Source of the DNA: Candidatus Saccharimonadota bacterium | GTDB taxonomy: Bacteria; Patescibacteriota; Gracilibacteria; BD1-5; UBA6164 | Assembly: GCA_004563595.2 (NCBI GenBank) | Contig: CP042461.1 | Span: 1-32,000, forward strand | Reading direction: 5' to 3' | DNA: 32,000 nt | Part shown: positions 1 to 10,468 of the stretch, in pieces | How positions within the stretch are numbered: the stretch's first letter is position 1 | Layout: each line of letters begins with the position of its first letter | The notes under the pieces: generated by a model | The model's database searches: none | Told to the model about the DNA's origin: nothing | The model's input: only the letters and a program-made list of their open reading frames with translations | Position numbers and translations under genes: made by a program

Positions 1-182
1 AAGTCAATACTTTTTTTTATAAAATATTATTTAAAAAGTGAATATTCGTATCTATTTAAAGGGATTATTTTTCTTTTAACATTTTTTTAACATGAGCTTT
101 AAAAAATTATTGACTTGTCTTTTTTAATGAAAAACATATATTAAATTTTGTTAAAATAAATTTTAAAACTAATCTTGTAATC

Positions 183-1463
183 ATGTTAAAAGTTAAAAAC
201 AAAAATAATTTTGCACTTCTTTTTATAATCTTTTTAACAAGTTTTTTACTTTGAGTTATCTCTGCCTTTATAGTTGCAGATAAAATGAACGCTCCGATGT
301 TAAAAACTGAAGGAACGAGCGATATAATGAGTTCGTTTCAGAAAAAGAATGAATTAAACTTAGATAGATTTTGGGAGGTGTATAGTTTTATTAAAAATAA
401 TAACTATGATGCTGATCAGATCACAAAAGATGACTTAGTTGATAGTGCAATTAAGTGACTTGTTAACTGACTTGATGATAAGCATAGTGAGTATATGACA
501 GCAGATGAAACAACAAAATTTAATGAGGTATTATCTGGAGACTTTGAATGAATTTGAGCTGTAGTAGAAAAAAATGAACTCTGAGTTGTTATTGATAGGG
601 TTATTAAATGATCACCAGCAAAAAAATATTGATTAAGATCAGCAGATATTATAATCAAAGCAAACGATAATGAGCTTTGAGACCTTGGTTTATATGAAGC
701 TGTAGAGCTTATTAAATGACCAGCAGGGACTTCTGTTACATTAGAGGTTTTGAGAAAGTGAGAAAAAAGTAAACTTGAAATTACTGTAATAAGAGACAGA
801 ATTAAAATTCCTTCAATAGATTTTGAAAAATTTGATGAGGGAAATCTCTGATATATTTCAATAAATATGTTCTGAGACAATACAGCAGAACAATTTCGTC
901 AGGCTTTAGTAGAACTAAAAGACACAGATGGACTTATTATTGATTTGAGAGATAACGGAGGAGGCTATTTAATAAGTGCCGTACAAATACTCAGCAACTT
1001 AATTGAAAATTGAAAGATTTTAGTAAGTACAAAGTATAAAGATATACTTTCAACAACAGTATATAAAAGTATTAATTCATGAGAAATTTATGATAAAAAG
1101 ATAGTAGTGATTATAAATGAAAATTCAGCAAGTGCATCAGAAATTACAGCGTGAGCACTCAGTGATTATAAAAAAGCTATATTAGTTTGAAATAAATCAT
1201 ATGGAAAATGATCAGTCCAAAAACCATTTGATTTAGAATGAGGAAGACTTTTAAAGTTAACTATTGCGAAATGGTTTACTCCAAATGATAAAAACATAGA
1301 CAAAGAGGGTATAGACCCAGATATAAAAGTAGAATATACAGACGAAGACTTTGAAAATCAGTATGATAGACCACTTGAAGAATCTAAAAAGATACTGAAA
1401 GATTTTATTAAAATCTGAGCATTAAAATTAACAGTTGATACTTATAACAAAGAAGAAGAGTAA
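183..1463 (+). CDS. ctpA: S41 family C-terminal processing (tail-specific) peptidase with N-terminal membrane anchor and PDZ domain
   Basis: ATG 183 to TAA 1461-1463, 427 codons. The frame is open only if the many in-frame TGA are sense. Translation shows a TM helix (FALLFIIFLTSFLLGVISAFIV), a PDZ-like segment GSPAKKYGLRSADIIIKAN, and S41 motifs IIDLRDNGGGYL, NENSASASEI and GKGSVQ. Confidence 0.85.
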
Positions 1464-1493
1464 AAAATACATATAAACTAGAGTGAATTACTG

Positions 1494-1529
1494 AAAAAAA
1501 TAAGAAGCTAGCTAGCTTCTTATTTTTTT
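1494..1529 (+). terminator. Rho-independent terminator after the S41 peptidase gene
   Basis: Perfect inverted repeat aaaaaaataagaagctag / ctagcttcttattttttt, ending in a T-run. Confidence 0.7.
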
Positions 1530-1676
1530 GCAAAACCTCTAAAAATCTATATAGTTGAGAAAATATTTTTAATATAAAAAAACATGATTTATAAATATAC
1601 TGATAAGTTAATAGTTCATAAGTAATACTGAGTACACAACATAAAAAGTATTTTATTATCTCACTTAAATAAAAAA

Positions 1677-3002
1677 ATGAACTTTGAAAATTTACAAAAA
1701 ACTGATCCGACTTGTTATGACTTTGTTATGGATGAAATGGAAAGACAGGAGACAAGCTTGGAGCTAATACCAAGCGAGTGTATAGCCTCTCTATCTACTA
1801 TAGAGGCACTTGGGAGTCCTTTTACGAATAAGTATTCTGAATGATATGCAAATAAAAGATACTACGGTTGAAATGAGGTGGTGGACAAAGTTGAGCTTCT
1901 TGCAATTGAGAGAGCAAAACAAGCATTTCCTTGAGTTGCTCACGCAAATGTACAAGCATATAGCGGAAGCCCTGCAAATCTTGCTGTCTATAATGCAATT
2001 TGTGATGCGTGAGAGACTATTATGTGACTCTCTTTATCTCAATGAGGGCACCTGACTCATGGACATCCTGTATCAGCAACATCAAAGTTTTTTAATGCAG
2101 TTCAATATTGATTAAATAAAGAATGATATATTGACTTAGAAGAAGTTGAATCACTTGCATTAAAGCATAAACCTAAAGTTATAGTTGTTTGATTTACAGC
2201 CTATTCAAGAGAGTTTCCATTTAAAGAATTTGCAAGAATAGCTGAAAAAGTTTGAGCCTACCTACTTGCTGATATATCTCATATATCAGGGTTGGTAATT
2301 TCTGGAGTCCATACGAGCCCTTCTCCGTATTGCGATGTTATTATGACAACAACTCATAAAACATTAAAATGACCCAGAGGTGCTATTATTATGACTACAG
2401 AGAAAGGACTACAAAAAGATCCTGATCTTGCAAAAAAGATAGACAAATCAGTATTTCCATGACTACAATGAGGCCCACACAATCATCAAACACTTGCTAT
2501 TGCTGTAGCTTTATGAGAGGCATTACAGCCAGAATTTAAAGAAATGAATCAAGCAATAGTTCAAAATTCTAGATGTTTGGCAAATGAACTCATTAACTCT
2601 TGATTTGAGATTGCCACATGAGGAACAGATAACCACCTTATACTTATGTCTGTATGAAAATGAAGAGGGGTATTTATGCAAGAAGCATTAGATACAGCAT
2701 GAATTACTTTGAACAAAAATACTGTTCCAAATGACCCCTGTACCCCATTTAATCCAAGTGGAATCAGAATGTGAACTCCTATTATGACTATGAGAGGAAT
2801 GAGAGAAACTGAAATGAAAAAAGTAGCGAGTTGGATGTTAAGAGTAGCAGAAATAGTAAAAGATTTTGAATATTTAGAAGACAAAGAAATGAGGAAGGCA
2901 AGACTTGGAGAGTTTTACAAATTTATTGAAAGTAATAATGAATTACATGCAATTAGAGCAGAGGTAAAAGAACTATGCTTACAATTTCCTATTTATAAAT
3001 AA
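1677..3002 (+). CDS. glyA: Serine hydroxymethyltransferase
   Basis: ATG 1677 to TAA 3000-3002, 442 codons with TGA=Gly. N-terminus is [34 protein letters not shown]. The SHMT signature [19 protein letters not shown] has TGA at conserved Gly positions. The C-terminal 72 aa matches ORF-track entry 2784..3002. Confidence 0.92.
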
Positions 3003-3039
3003 GTTAATAGACACATTATTTTAAATATTGTCAAAAACA

Positions 3040-3074
3040 AAAACACTGAATAACTTGATTATTCAGTGTTTTTG
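3040..3074 (+). terminator. Rho-independent terminator after glyA
   Basis: Stem aacactgaataa (3042-3053) pairs with ttattcagtgtt (3059-3070), loop cttga, then a T-run. Confidence 0.7.
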
Positions 3075-3105
3075 CTTAGATTATAGACATAATTTTTAAC
3101 ATAAA

Positions 3106-3666
3106 ATGTCCATGTACAAATATACTAGGCAAGAAGTTGCTAATAGATTAAGTATATCTACTCGTAGTGTTGATAGATATATCAAAGCTTGAAAACTGAG
3201 AGCTAAAAAAGAGGGAAAAGTTGTCTACGTGAAATGATCAGATGTTGAAAATATTCTTTCATGATCATCTGTAAAACAAGAAGTTATTATGCCGAATGCC
3301 CCAGTAGAGGAAAACATGATTCAAAAAAAATCAGAAACTTCTTCATGAGGGTGATTAGATATGATTTATAAAGACCTGAGATCTGAAATAGCAAAAAAAG
3401 ATGAGATTATTCAAAACTTATCAATAAACCTATGAAGATATGAAGAAGTAGCAAAAAATTCCGTTTCACTTATAGAATTTAAAAAATCTCAATTTCTTCT
3501 TGATGAATCAAGGTGATACCTTAATAAAGAAATCGAAGACCTCAAAACTTCAAATGATAAATTAACAGGAGACCTTAAGTATGAAAAAACATCAAATTTA
3601 CTTTTAATTGTTTTTGTGATTGCTCTACTTATTATATCTGGAACAGTATGGTTTATGCAAATATAA
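3106..3666 (+). CDS. Membrane-anchored helix-turn-helix protein (excisionase/MerR-like HTH, coiled coil, C-terminal TM helix)
   Basis: ATG 3106 to TAA 3664-3666, 186 aa with TGA=Gly. N-terminus MSMYKYTRQEVANRLSISTRSVDRYIKAGKLRAKKEGK resembles excisionase-type HTH. The middle is heptad-like and charged. The C-terminus is NLLLIVFVIALLIISGTVWFMQI. Confidence 0.6.
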
Positions 3667-3689
3667 GAGCAAAGATAGGAAAAACACTT

Positions 3690-3731
3690 GTGTTCATAGG
3701 AAAAATTATTATCCTATGAACACATTTTTTT
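3690..3731 (+). terminator. Rho-independent terminator after the HTH gene
   Basis: Stem gtgttcatagga (3690-3701) pairs with tcctatgaacac (3712-3723), followed by T6-7. Confidence 0.7.
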
Positions 3732-3733
3732 AT

Positions 3734-3808
3734 GTCCTTATAGTTCAACGGATAGAATAACCCCCTCCTAAGGGGTAGATGTTGGTTCGATTCCAGCTGG
3801 GGATACCA
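3734..3808 (+). tRNA. tRNA-Arg (anticodon CCT, reads AGG), CCA encoded
   Basis: Hand-folded cloverleaf. Acceptor gtcctta/tggggat (three G-U pairs), D arm gttc-aacggata-gaat, anticodon arm acccc-ctCCTaa-ggggt, variable loop agatg, T arm gttgg-ttcgatt-ccagc, discriminator a, then cca. Confidence 0.85.
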
Positions 3809-3817
3809 ATGAATAAA

Positions 3818-3865
3818 AAAGATAAGAAAAAAGACCTATAATTATAGGTCTTTTTTCTTATCTTT
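3818..3865. terminator. Bidirectional hairpin terminator between tRNA-Arg and the convergent mutL
   Basis: Long inverted repeat gataagaaaaaagacctata / tataggtcttttttcttatc with A/T runs on both sides. It overlaps the mutL stop codon. Confidence 0.65.
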
Positions 3866-5660
3866 CATACTTATCTTTCAATTCATTCAAATCTATATCA
3901 TATATAACAGGTCTTCAATGTGGACAGGTTGCAGAGTAATCAATAACTGAATCATTAAGAAGTTTATTCATTTCAAAGAGGTTCAGTTTATGTCAGAATT
4001 TAATAGCAGATCTACATGCAGTATAAGCAAAAATTTTATTTCTGACTTCATCAAGAGTATTTGATTTTGAGAAATTATGCCCTCATATATCATGGATGAT
4101 TCATCCAAAAATATTCTGAATGTTTTCTTTCTTTATAAAATCAGGGATTCCATTGATCATAACGAGTCATGACCTGAGTATTTCGAAGTCAAATCACATC
4201 TCTGAGAATGTTTCTGTATTTTCTTTTAGAATATCAAATTCCTTTGGAGAGAGACAGATACTTTCTCAAATGAGAAGTCATTGCGTCTGTTCCTTGTATT
4301 TATTACTTACTAAACTTTCATAGATCACTCTTTCAGCAAGTGCATGTTGGTCAAGCATCTGCACCCCAAATGTAGTTTCAACAATGATATATGAATTATG
4401 AACTTGTCATATGATCTTTCATAAAGCTGTGTCATGTAAATCGTGGACCGGTCTAGTGTCATCACTTGAATCATGAGAGAGAAGAGCTTTGCTAAATCCA
4501 AGGGAGTCATGAATGGTTTCTTGTCTTGGATTTGGAGTGACATCTTTATATGGTGAGTATGATTTAAACTTTGTTCATGATCATGTGTAATACTGTTGAG
4601 AAGAGCCTGTAGGAGTAATATTTTGTGTTTGCTCTCCCCCTAGGTTTTCGTTGTTCGTTACATTTATCAAACTCACACTATCAAGTTTTGTTTGTATAGC
4701 TGAATGAACTCATTTAAAAATATTTTGTTCTGAAGAAAACCTTACTTCCATTTTCCTTGGATGGACATTTACGTCTATCTCAGTTGGATTAACTTGGATA
4801 TTAAGAATATAGCCAGGAAATGTAGAGTGGGGAATAAACCTATTATATGCATTATGAATCGCTTTATATATGAGAGGGGATTTTATTACTCTATTGTTGA
4901 CAAAAAGGGACTGTCTATTTCTATTTCCGAAGCTTACTTTTGGATCAGAAATATACCCACTTATTTGTAATCAATATATTTCAAAATGAAGTTCAAGCAA
5001 GTTTTCTGAGAAATCTTTCCCATATATATTATAAATTCTTGTTTTTAAATCTTCGTCTGGTTTATATTTAAAGGCTTGTTTTGAGTCTGAAATAAATTCA
5101 AATCAAACTTTAGGGTATGAGAGCGATATATTATGTAAGATATCTAAAATATGGTTATATTCCGTCCTTGGTTTTTTAAGGTAATTAAGCCTTGCAGGGG
5201 TATTGTAAAATAAGTTTTCTACTATTATTTTTGTTCCATTCTCAGAAGCCTTTTTAGATATTTGTCATATCTGTCCATCAAGTACATTGAGCGAATATCA
5301 AAAATTTTGTTCAGAAGTTTTAGATATAATTTCAAACTTTGATACTGACGAAATAGATGCGATAGCTTCTCCACGAAATCAAAAGGTCATAATATTGTAT
5401 AAATCCTCTAAGTTTTTGATTTTAGATGTCGTATATTTTTCTGGTACGAGCTTGAGGTCATCTTTATCTATTCATGATCCGTTATCAGTGATAATAATGG
5501 TTCCTATTCAACCTTCACTAATTTCTATTTTTACATTTGTTGCTCATGCATCAATAGAATTCTCTACCAGTTCTTTTACAACTGAGACCGGTCTCTCTAC
5601 AACTTCTCAGGCAGCAATCTGATTTGAAAGAGTTTGGTCTAATTTTATTATTTTGGACAT
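3858..5660 (-). CDS. mutL: DNA mismatch repair endonuclease MutL
   Basis: Start is the complement of 5658-5660, stop TAA is the complement of 3858-3860, 600 aa. N-terminus [43 protein letters not shown] (GHKL ATPase). Endonuclease motif DQHALAERVIYE lies near 4325-4360. The C-terminal CPHGRP has its Gly encoded by TGA (complement of 3915-3917). Confidence 0.92.
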
Positions 5661-5731
5661 GAATAAGGACAAATTATAAATATTATCCAAATAATATGTA
5701 AAATAAAGAAAAGAGCAACGTTAAGTGCTCT

Positions 5732-5959
5732 TTATTTTTCTTCCTTTGAGGTGAACTCTTTTACTTTTTCTTTTATTATATCAGGAATCTGTTTGTATGC
5801 CGAGAATATATGTTTGATTTTATTGTAATAATCCACTATCTCAGTAGCCATTCACAATACTTTGAGTACTCTTATAAGAACAAGAGTAAGGAGAGTTCCT
5901 ATAATCGCTGAGAATACTGTGAGAGTAATATAAAGCATATCAAGTACTTGGAGTTCCAT
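5732..5959 (-). CDS. Small membrane protein (75 aa, one TM helix), unknown function
   Basis: ATG (complement of 5957-5959) to TAA (complement of 5732-5734). Translation MELQVLDMLYITLTVFSAIIGTLLTLVLIRVLKVLGMATEIVDYYNK..., with one in-frame TGA. The stop sits in a small hairpin, agagca/tgctct. Confidence 0.45.
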
Positions 5960-5989
5960 AATGGGTTTATAATTATAACTATAAAATAA

Positions 5990-6463
5990 TTACATGTCTT
6001 TTGTCAGTGTATTTATATCTAAATTAAAACTATTTACAAGTTTTAAGATATTTTTTTCTCAAGTAATTACTTTATGAATTTCTTTATTTTCAAAGACAAT
6101 AAGGCTTGGGACTTCTGTGACCATAAAATCTGATAACTTTACATCTTTTATGATTGATTTTGCGAGCTTAAAAGGAATGTTTTGACTAAAGCTTTTTGCT
6201 ATTAATACAGGAGCCTTGTAAAGAGCTTTTTTGAAAAAATCAGTTTTTTCATCTCAAAAGAGTATGATAACTCTTTTCACGAAAACTTTTTCTTTCCCAG
6301 TTTCAGAAGATGTAAACTTAGTATTTTCAGACCTGGCTATAAACTCATCGAATTCTTTTTTTGAGTTTAGGGTTAAGCTTGACTCAGAAAGCTTGTCTGA
6401 AGAATATTTTAAAGCTTTATTTTTGATTTCAAAAGCCCTCTTTTTTATATCTGTAAAATCCAT
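5990..6463 (-). CDS. Hypothetical protein, possibly thioredoxin-fold without a CxxC motif
   Basis: The ORF-track fragment 6254..6463(-) extends through TGA codons to TAA at the complement of 5990-5992, giving 157 aa. The C-terminal half (KAPVLIAKSF...VTEVPSLIVFENKEIHKVITGEKN) resembles the thioredoxin beta-alpha-beta region. No cysteine pair is present. Confidence 0.45.
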
Positions 6464-6590
6464 GTGTAAGTGTTAATTAATATATCTGTAATTAGAGTAT
6501 CATATATTATGAACTTTTTCAAAAAAGAAGTTTGCTTTTATTGCAAAAACTTATATGATATGCGCAGATTTATTTTATTATAAGACATGT

Positions 6591-6953
6591 ATGACTAATT
6601 CAGATATGATTAAAAAAGTCCAAGCTGGCTTTTTACAAGAAGGAAGAGAAGAAATTAAAACTGGTATGGAAATAGAAGTATACCAAATTATAAAAGAAGG
6701 TTCTAAAGAAAGAATCCAAAGATTTAAAGGCTTGGTTATCAAAACTGCTGGGAAATCTACTCTTGAAAAAACTATGACAGTAAGAAGAAAGATTGGTGCA
6801 TTTGGTGTCGAAAAAGTATTTGCTGTACATTCTCCAACAATTCAAAAAATTGAAATTCTAAGACAGTTTAAGGTAAGAAGAAAATCAATTAAATTTATCA
6901 GAGATCTTACTGGTAAAGCTGCTAGATTAAAAGAAGTGAAAAAAACAAAATAA
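6591..6953 (+). CDS. rplS: 50S ribosomal protein L19
   Basis: MTNSDMIKKVQAGFLQEGREEIKTGMEIEVYQIIKEGSKERIQRFKGLVI...VEKVFAVHSPTIQKIEILR...LTGKAARLKE matches L19. I prefer ATG 6591 over the track start at 6555. All 9 Gly codons are GGN and none is TGA. Confidence 0.9.
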   Translation: MTNSDMIKKVQAGFLQEGREEIKTGMEIEVYQIIKEGSKERIQRFKGLVIKTAGKSTLEKTMTVRRKIGAFGVEKVFAVHSPTIQKIEILRQFKVRRKSIKFIRDLTGKAARLKEVKKTK

Positions 6954-6956
6954 TTT

Positions 6957-6986
6957 AAAACCCCGAATTAATTCGGGGTTTTTTTG
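6957..6986 (+). terminator. Rho-independent terminator after rplS (GC-rich stem)
   Basis: aaaaccccgaatt / aattcggggtttttttg. Confidence 0.8.
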
Positions 6987-7067
6987 TGCTTCAATTTTGA
7001 ATATTGACTTTTTTGATTATATTTGTACCACATATACAAATATCAAAATAAAAAGGACTCAATAGTC

Positions 7068-7841
7068 ATGTTTAAGGATCAAGTAGAAAAATTATGGGAA
7101 CAGGGAAAAAATGAAAATAGCTCAGAGCTCCCAAGATTATTTTTTGATACAATTAATATAAGACTACGAGAAAGGTTGTCTGAATCTGAGTTTATTATGA
7201 ATTTTAAAGATTATGGTGCTGGGACAATTCATTCTTCACTTGAGGGGAGAATATTAAAGAATACAGAAGATTTTCAAATAGAAGAAGTATCAATAGCAGA
7301 TTTATCAAGACGAATTTCCGTGAAAGGGGCATTTGCTCGATTTTTATTTCTTTTGGTAAAAGAGTTGAAACCTAAGAAGGCTCTTGAATTAGGAGCTGGG
7401 TTTGGAATTTCAGGAGCTTTGATTTTATCAGCATTACGAGCAGGTAATACATATGGCCACCTTCTTACATTTGAAGGGTGTCCATATCTAGCAAATGAAG
7501 CAGAAGAAAATTTTTCTCTTTTTTCTAAAGGCAGCTTTGATATTGTTGAAGGGAAATTTTTAGATACTCTGGGATCTACTCTTCAGGTACATGATAAAAT
7601 TGACTTTGTTTTTATTGATGGTCATAACAACCCTGAAATGAGGTGTCAATATATTGAAACTATACTTCCATTCTTGAATGATGGAGCTATTGTTCTTATG
7701 AGGGCTATCAAGTGGAAGAAGCCTGAAAAAGGTATTGATATGGAATTATCATGGATCAAAATTCAAGAGATGAAAGAATTTTCTACATTGCTTGATGAAA
7801 AAAACTTTGGAGTCTTAGTTTACAATAAAAATAGTTCATAG
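7068..7841 (+). CDS. Class I SAM-dependent methyltransferase (O-methyltransferase family 3 / CmcI-like)
   Basis: ATG 7068 has an AAGGA-like element about 15 nt upstream; the track start at 7023 is a TTG. Motif I is ALELGAGFGISGALIL and an acidic motif FVFIDGHN follows. The frame is open in the standard code. All 19 Gly codons by my count are GGN and Trp is TGG. Confidence 0.75.
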   Translation: MFKDQVEKLWEQGKNENSSELPRLFFDTINIRLRERLSESEFIMNFKDYGAGTIHSSLEGRILKNTEDFQIEEVSIADLSRRISVKGAFARFLFLLVKELKPKKALELGAGFGISGALILSALRAGNTYGHLLTFEGCPYLANEAEENFSLFSKGSFDIVEGKFLDTLGSTLQVHDKIDFVFIDGHNNPEMRCQYIETILPFLNDGAIVLMRAIKWKKPEKGIDMELSWIKIQEMKEFSTLLDEKNFGVLVYNKNSS

Positions 7842-7872
7842 CTATTATTGTTGAACCTACTCTATGAAAAAT

Positions 7873-7901
7873 AAAAACCCGGAAAATTCTCGGGTTTTTT
7901 T
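7873..7901 (+). terminator. Rho-independent terminator after the methyltransferase (GC stem)
   Basis: aaaaacccgg aaaattct cgggttttttt. Confidence 0.7.
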
Positions 7902-7960
7902 CTTTTAAAATCAGCTTTTTTGAATATAATCTGTTCAAAATTACACATTAACAAATATAT

Positions 7961-9418
7961 ATGAATTTTAAGGATCTCTCTCTTGAAGAAATTATTTTAA
8001 AAATTAAATCATGAGAAACTACAAATAAAGAAGTTTTTGATTATTTTCAAACAAGAATTGAAAAATATGATGATACTATTCAATCATATAATTATATCAA
8101 TACAGATTGATTAAAATCAGATAATGACTCTATTCTTGCATGAGCCCCAATCGCAGTAAAAGATATTTTTTGTGAAAAATGAATTCCAACAACATGTTCT
8201 TCAAATATGTTAAAGGATTTCGTTCCACCATATGATGCTACTGTTATAAAGAACCTGAATGAAGCCTGAATGAGTTCTCTCGGGAAAGTAAATATGGATG
8301 AATTTGCTATGTGATCAACAACTGAGAGTTCTGCAACGAAAAAAACATTTAATCCATGGGGAACAAATAGAATTCCATGAGGTTCAAGTGGAGGTTCAGC
8401 AGCATGTGTTGCTGCATGACTTGCTCCTGCGGCACTTGGAACTGATACAGGTTGAAGTATTAGACAACCAGCAAGTGTATGTGGAGTCGTTGGTTTTAAG
8501 CCAAGTTATTGAAGAAATTCGAGATTTTGAGCGATGGCTATGGCTTCAAGTTTGGATTGTCCATGAACTTTGACAAAAACAGTAAAAGATTCAGCTATTC
8601 TATACGAAGTAATGAATGGCCATGATGAAAAAGAGAATACATCTCTCCCAGGAAAAGACATTATTGATTCAAAAATTTGGAGTTCTAAAGATTTAAAATG
8701 AATGAAAATCGGAGTCCCAAAAGAATATTTTGAAGAAGGTTTAGATGATGGTGTGAGACAAGTCATAAATAAAGCAATTGAAAAAATGAAAGACCTTTGA
8801 GCTGAGGTTAAAGAGATATCTCTGCCTATGACAAAGTATGCAATAGCGACATATTATATTGTAATGCCTGCTGAATTGTCTACTAACCTGTCTAGGTATG
8901 ATGGGATTAGATATGGTCATGTTTCTGATAAAGCTTATGAATGAATAGAGAGTGCTCTTATTAATAGTAGATCCGAAGGTTTTTGAGATGAAGCAAAGAG
9001 AAGAATTATGCTTTGAAGTTATGTATTATCAGCAGGATACTATGATGCTTATTATAAAAAAGCAACCCAAGTAAGGACACTCATAATGGAAGATTTTGAT
9101 AAAGCTTTTTCTGAGGTAGATGCAATTATCTCTCCAGTATCACCAAGTGTCGCTTGGAAAATTTGAGAAAAAATTGATGATCCAGTAAAGATGTACCTCT
9201 CAGATGCTTATACTATTCCAGCTTCTCTTGCATGACTTCCAGGTATATCAGTTCCTGCCTGATTTGCTGAGAGTGAAGATGCTGAGAAAGAAAAACTCCC
9301 AGTTTGAATTCAAATATTAACAGCTAATCTACAAGAAGAAAAGCTTTTTGAAATAGCTCATGTCTATGAACAAGCAACAGGTTTTTGAAAAATAAACCCA
9401 AAAGGTTTTGAAGACTAG
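7961..9418 (+). CDS. gatA: Glutamyl/aspartyl-tRNA(Gln/Asn) amidotransferase subunit A
   Basis: ATG 7961 to TAG 9416-9418, 485 aa with TGA=Gly. The amidase signature is [23 protein letters not shown]...NMDEFAMGSTTESS...[33 protein letters not shown], with several glycines encoded by TGA. Confidence 0.92.
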
Positions 9419-9426
9419 TCTCATTT

Positions 9427-9456
9427 TTGACAAAATAATCTTTCTTATGTTATAAT
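9427..9456 (+). promoter_or_regulatory. Sigma70-type promoter with extended -10, upstream of the 327-aa hypothetical gene
   Basis: TTGACA (9427-9432), 18-nt spacer, TGtTATAAT (TATAAT at 9451-9456). ATG is at 9485. Confidence 0.6.
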
Positions 9457-9484
9457 AAGATAGATTATTTTTTTATGTAAAATT

Positions 9485-10468
9485 ATGACTTACAATGCTT
9501 CTGTTGCTTGATGACCAACAATTTCAGAGACAACTGAACAAATGAATGAAAAGTATGAAAATATGCCGGAATGATATACTCCAGAGTATACTCAGAATAT
9601 GTATGGTAATTTTAAAAATGATAAACCAGAGATTAATAATAATCAAGAATTATTAGAAAAGTGAAAATCATTACAAGATTCTCCTCATTATCCTCTTTTA
9701 TTATGATTGGAAAAATCATGACAAATTGACCAGTCTACTTTTGATTCTGCATTATTAGAATTATGAGTTGCTGAAAAAGATGAAGAATTAGAAATCATTC
9801 ATTCAGCTGTTAGCTTTGTAAAAGATCCAAGTACAAAACAAGAAATATTAAGTCATTTAGAATGAAAAAAAGAGGTAGTAACAGAAGATACTTTTGAAAA
9901 AACTGAGTTCTGTTCTCATGCTCAGAATTTAGATATAGGCTTAGATAATTGAATTGGAGGATTAGAGTTATTACTCGCAAATGAATATATGAGTATTCCT
10001 GACCTAGAAGGGAATACGAATAACACGAGTGATATGGAAAGAACAATGGATATAGTTTCAAAAATTATAATTCAAAAAAATAGCCCTGATTTTAATAAGA
10101 ATAATGCTGAATTGATTGCTAAAGTATGAGATGCAAAAAGTATATCAGAGAAGTATGCGATGTTGAAATCTTTATATAAACAGAACTTAAAAACAGACGC
10201 TAAACTATGATGAAAAAAAGCATGACTAGAAATTGCCCAAAAACAAAAATCATTGAAAAAGAAAGCAACTAAAATTTCTCTTCATGAAGCTGAAGGAAAA
10301 ATGAGTGATTCAAAGAATTTTGAAGAATGAACTCAATTAGAGAAGGAAAAGAATACTATTATTGCTGAAGCCAATGAGTTAGATATTTTTGAAGGAGAAG
10401 TATTTACTGTGTGAGAGCTAGATAAACATGATGAATCTTTACAACAAAAAAATGAACAAATAGCTTAA
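9485..10468 (+). CDS. Hypothetical acidic, predicted-soluble protein (327 aa)
   Basis: ATG 9485 to TAA 10466-10468. I checked the frame line by line and it is open with TGA=Gly. No TM segment and no motif I recognise. The C-terminal third is Lys/Glu-rich and looks helical. Confidence 0.6.

Noticed and set aside
3667-3865. tRNA-Arg plus excisionase-like HTH as the edge of an integrated mobile element or prophage
   Set aside because: There is no integrase, transposase, or repeat of the tRNA 3' end, and no phage-like genes. The flanks are glyA and mutL.
7023-7067. TTG start at 7023 for the methyltransferase, and 6555 for rplS
   Set aside because: Downstream ATGs (7068 and 6591) give N-termini of normal length for these families. 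7023 lies in what looks like promoter or UTR sequence right after the rplS terminator.
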